DNA of 17,875 bases from Candidatus Hermodarchaeota archaeon (lineage in GTDB: Archaea; Asgardarchaeota; Hermodarchaeia; Hermodarchaeales; Hermodarchaeaceae), in assembly GCA_016839805.1 (NCBI GenBank), contig JAEOTO010000020.1, positions 1 to 17,875 of the forward strand, read 5' to 3'. Shown here piece after piece: positions 16,817-17,875 of this stretch (positions are counted from its first letter, which is position 1; every line of letters begins with the position of its first letter). The notes beneath the pieces were generated by a model. It was not told the origin of the DNA, searched no databases, and saw only the letters and a list, made by a program, of their open reading frames with translations. The translations under genes were made by a program, and so were the position numbers.

Positions 16817-17440
16817 ATGACATGGCTTGATAAGTTCAAAACAGCCTTACAACGTTTTATCGGTAGTCCAGTTAAGGAGCAAGTCTTAGAAGATATAAGC
16901 ACTATTTCCGCTAAAAGTAGTCCAATACGCAAAGCCGAATGGATAAAGGCTACCATGGACAGACTGGACACATTAGTTAAAGATGATGAAACACGCCGAG
17001 AAATCCTCTTATGCTGTTCCCACCGATTCCCAAAAACTCGAATTCAAAAGCTTAAGAAAGAATATCGTAGACTCGGTGACCTTGACGCGTTACTTCAACT
17101 AATGCATAAAGACAATTCTTGGGAAGGACTTTCATATTATGAGTATCCCAAACGGGAAGGAAATATCATTTACGTAACCAAAATCCCTTTCAATCCGAAA
17201 AAATATGAAACGGCAACAACTGAGGATGAGAAGCGTCAGGCATATTGCCATTGTGGCTGGGTGAAAGCTACAAAAGAGCCGATTTCAAAGACCTTTTGTT
17301 ACTGTGGCTCAGGCTGGTATAAGACGTTATGGGAAGAAATCTTCGAAAGACCTGTGAAGGTCGAGATAGTTACTACTGTTGCCAGTGGCGACTCGGATTG
17401 CACCTTTGCCATTCACCTTCCCTCGAATCTAACCCAATAG
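16817..17440 (+). CDS. Cys-rich V4R-like (DUF6144-type) protein
   Basis: CCSH, YCHC, FCYCGSGWYKTLWE, PVKVEIV.TV..G...C.F.I C-terminus. Confidence 0.7.
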   Translation: MTWLDKFKTALQRFIGSPVKEQVLEDISTISAKSSPIRKAEWIKATMDRLDTLVKDDETRREILLCCSHRFPKTRIQKLKKEYRRLGDLDALLQLMHKDNSWEGLSYYEYPKREGNIIYVTKIPFNPKKYETATTEDEKRQAYCHCGWVKATKEPISKTFCYCGSGWYKTLWEEIFERPVKVEIVTTVASGDSDCTFAIHLPSNLTQ

Positions 17441-17498
17441 GAGAACGGACTTCACAACTTGAATTCAATCGAGATTGGATTTCTGAATAATCTGAGAC

Positions 17499-17875
17499 TC
17501 AGAAATAGATGGGAAGTATTGCTGCCATGATCCAAGCGAACAGCAAGGCATTGAACAGAACAGCTATGTAGAAGCGGTTACTGAGGCGATAGGACCAGGC
17601 GATGACCGTTGTAGAGACAGCAAAGAATGGGATAAATATGTAGAGGAAGATAAGCTGGAATCCAATGGAACCAGATATCAATGCACCCCCAATTGCTACG
17701 CTTCCTATAACTTGAATAATTATGATTGAAGCGTAAAGCAAGATTTTTATGAAGATTGCCTTAACGGTCCAGAAGGTTTGCGTTGAATACCACGTCTCTT
17801 TAGGAGTAGTTCGTAAAAGTCCCATAAGCCATAATCCTTCAATTAAGACGAATGGGAGTAGTAGTAAGAAATATA
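17499..17875 (-). CDS. C-terminal multi-TM portion of a membrane protein, 5'-truncated by the window edge
   Basis: The frame stays open upstream of ATG 17825 to the window end (YFLLLLPFVLIEGLWLM...); hydrophobic helices ending NALLFAWIMAAILPIYF. Confidence 0.75.
   Translation of the reverse strand, partial: YFLLLLPFVLIEGLWLMGLLRTTPKETWYSTQTFWTVKAIFIKILLYASIIIIQVIGSVAIGGALISGSIGFQLIFLYIFIPFFAVSTTVIAWSYRLSNRFYIAVLFNALLFAWIMAAILPIYF

Noticed and set aside
240-16971. Remaining short ORFs in the track (for example 240-578, 1164-1394, 7127-7507, 8165-8500, 9886-10233, 14896-15255)
   Set aside because: Shadow ORFs overlapping well-supported genes, with no motifs.

Overview
Gene-dense archaeal chromosomal window with no rRNA, tRNA, CRISPR array or transposase detected. 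Crenarchaeal-type PolB1 signatures, a tandem Lrp/AsnC regulator and C-terminally anchored surface proteins suggest an Asgard/TACK-type archaeon (inference). Genes include a membrane-anchored beta-lactamase-family serine hydrolase, a DUF169 protein, an MFS transporter, two surface beta-propeller-like proteins, a cupin, a stand-alone LigD 3'-phosphoesterase, an FAH-family hydrolase, a radical SAM protein, a family B DNA polymerase and a Cys-rich V4R-like protein. Two observations stand out. (1) Two apparently homologous structured non-coding elements, 5424-5678 (+) and 6815-6958 (-), point inward at the Lrp/AsnC gene. They share 5'-GGGAAG-N4-[first helix with a compensatory change] and 3'-YTTCCTGGTACG ends and match no RNA family I recognise. 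(2) The PolB1-like polymerase has lost its entire proofreading exonuclease domain and has a rewritten motif B (KFLLVSSGG instead of KxxxNSxYG), yet keeps the catalytic motifs A and C, making it a candidate low-fidelity or translesion polymerase. All structures were folded by eye and all family calls come from motif recognition, not database searches.
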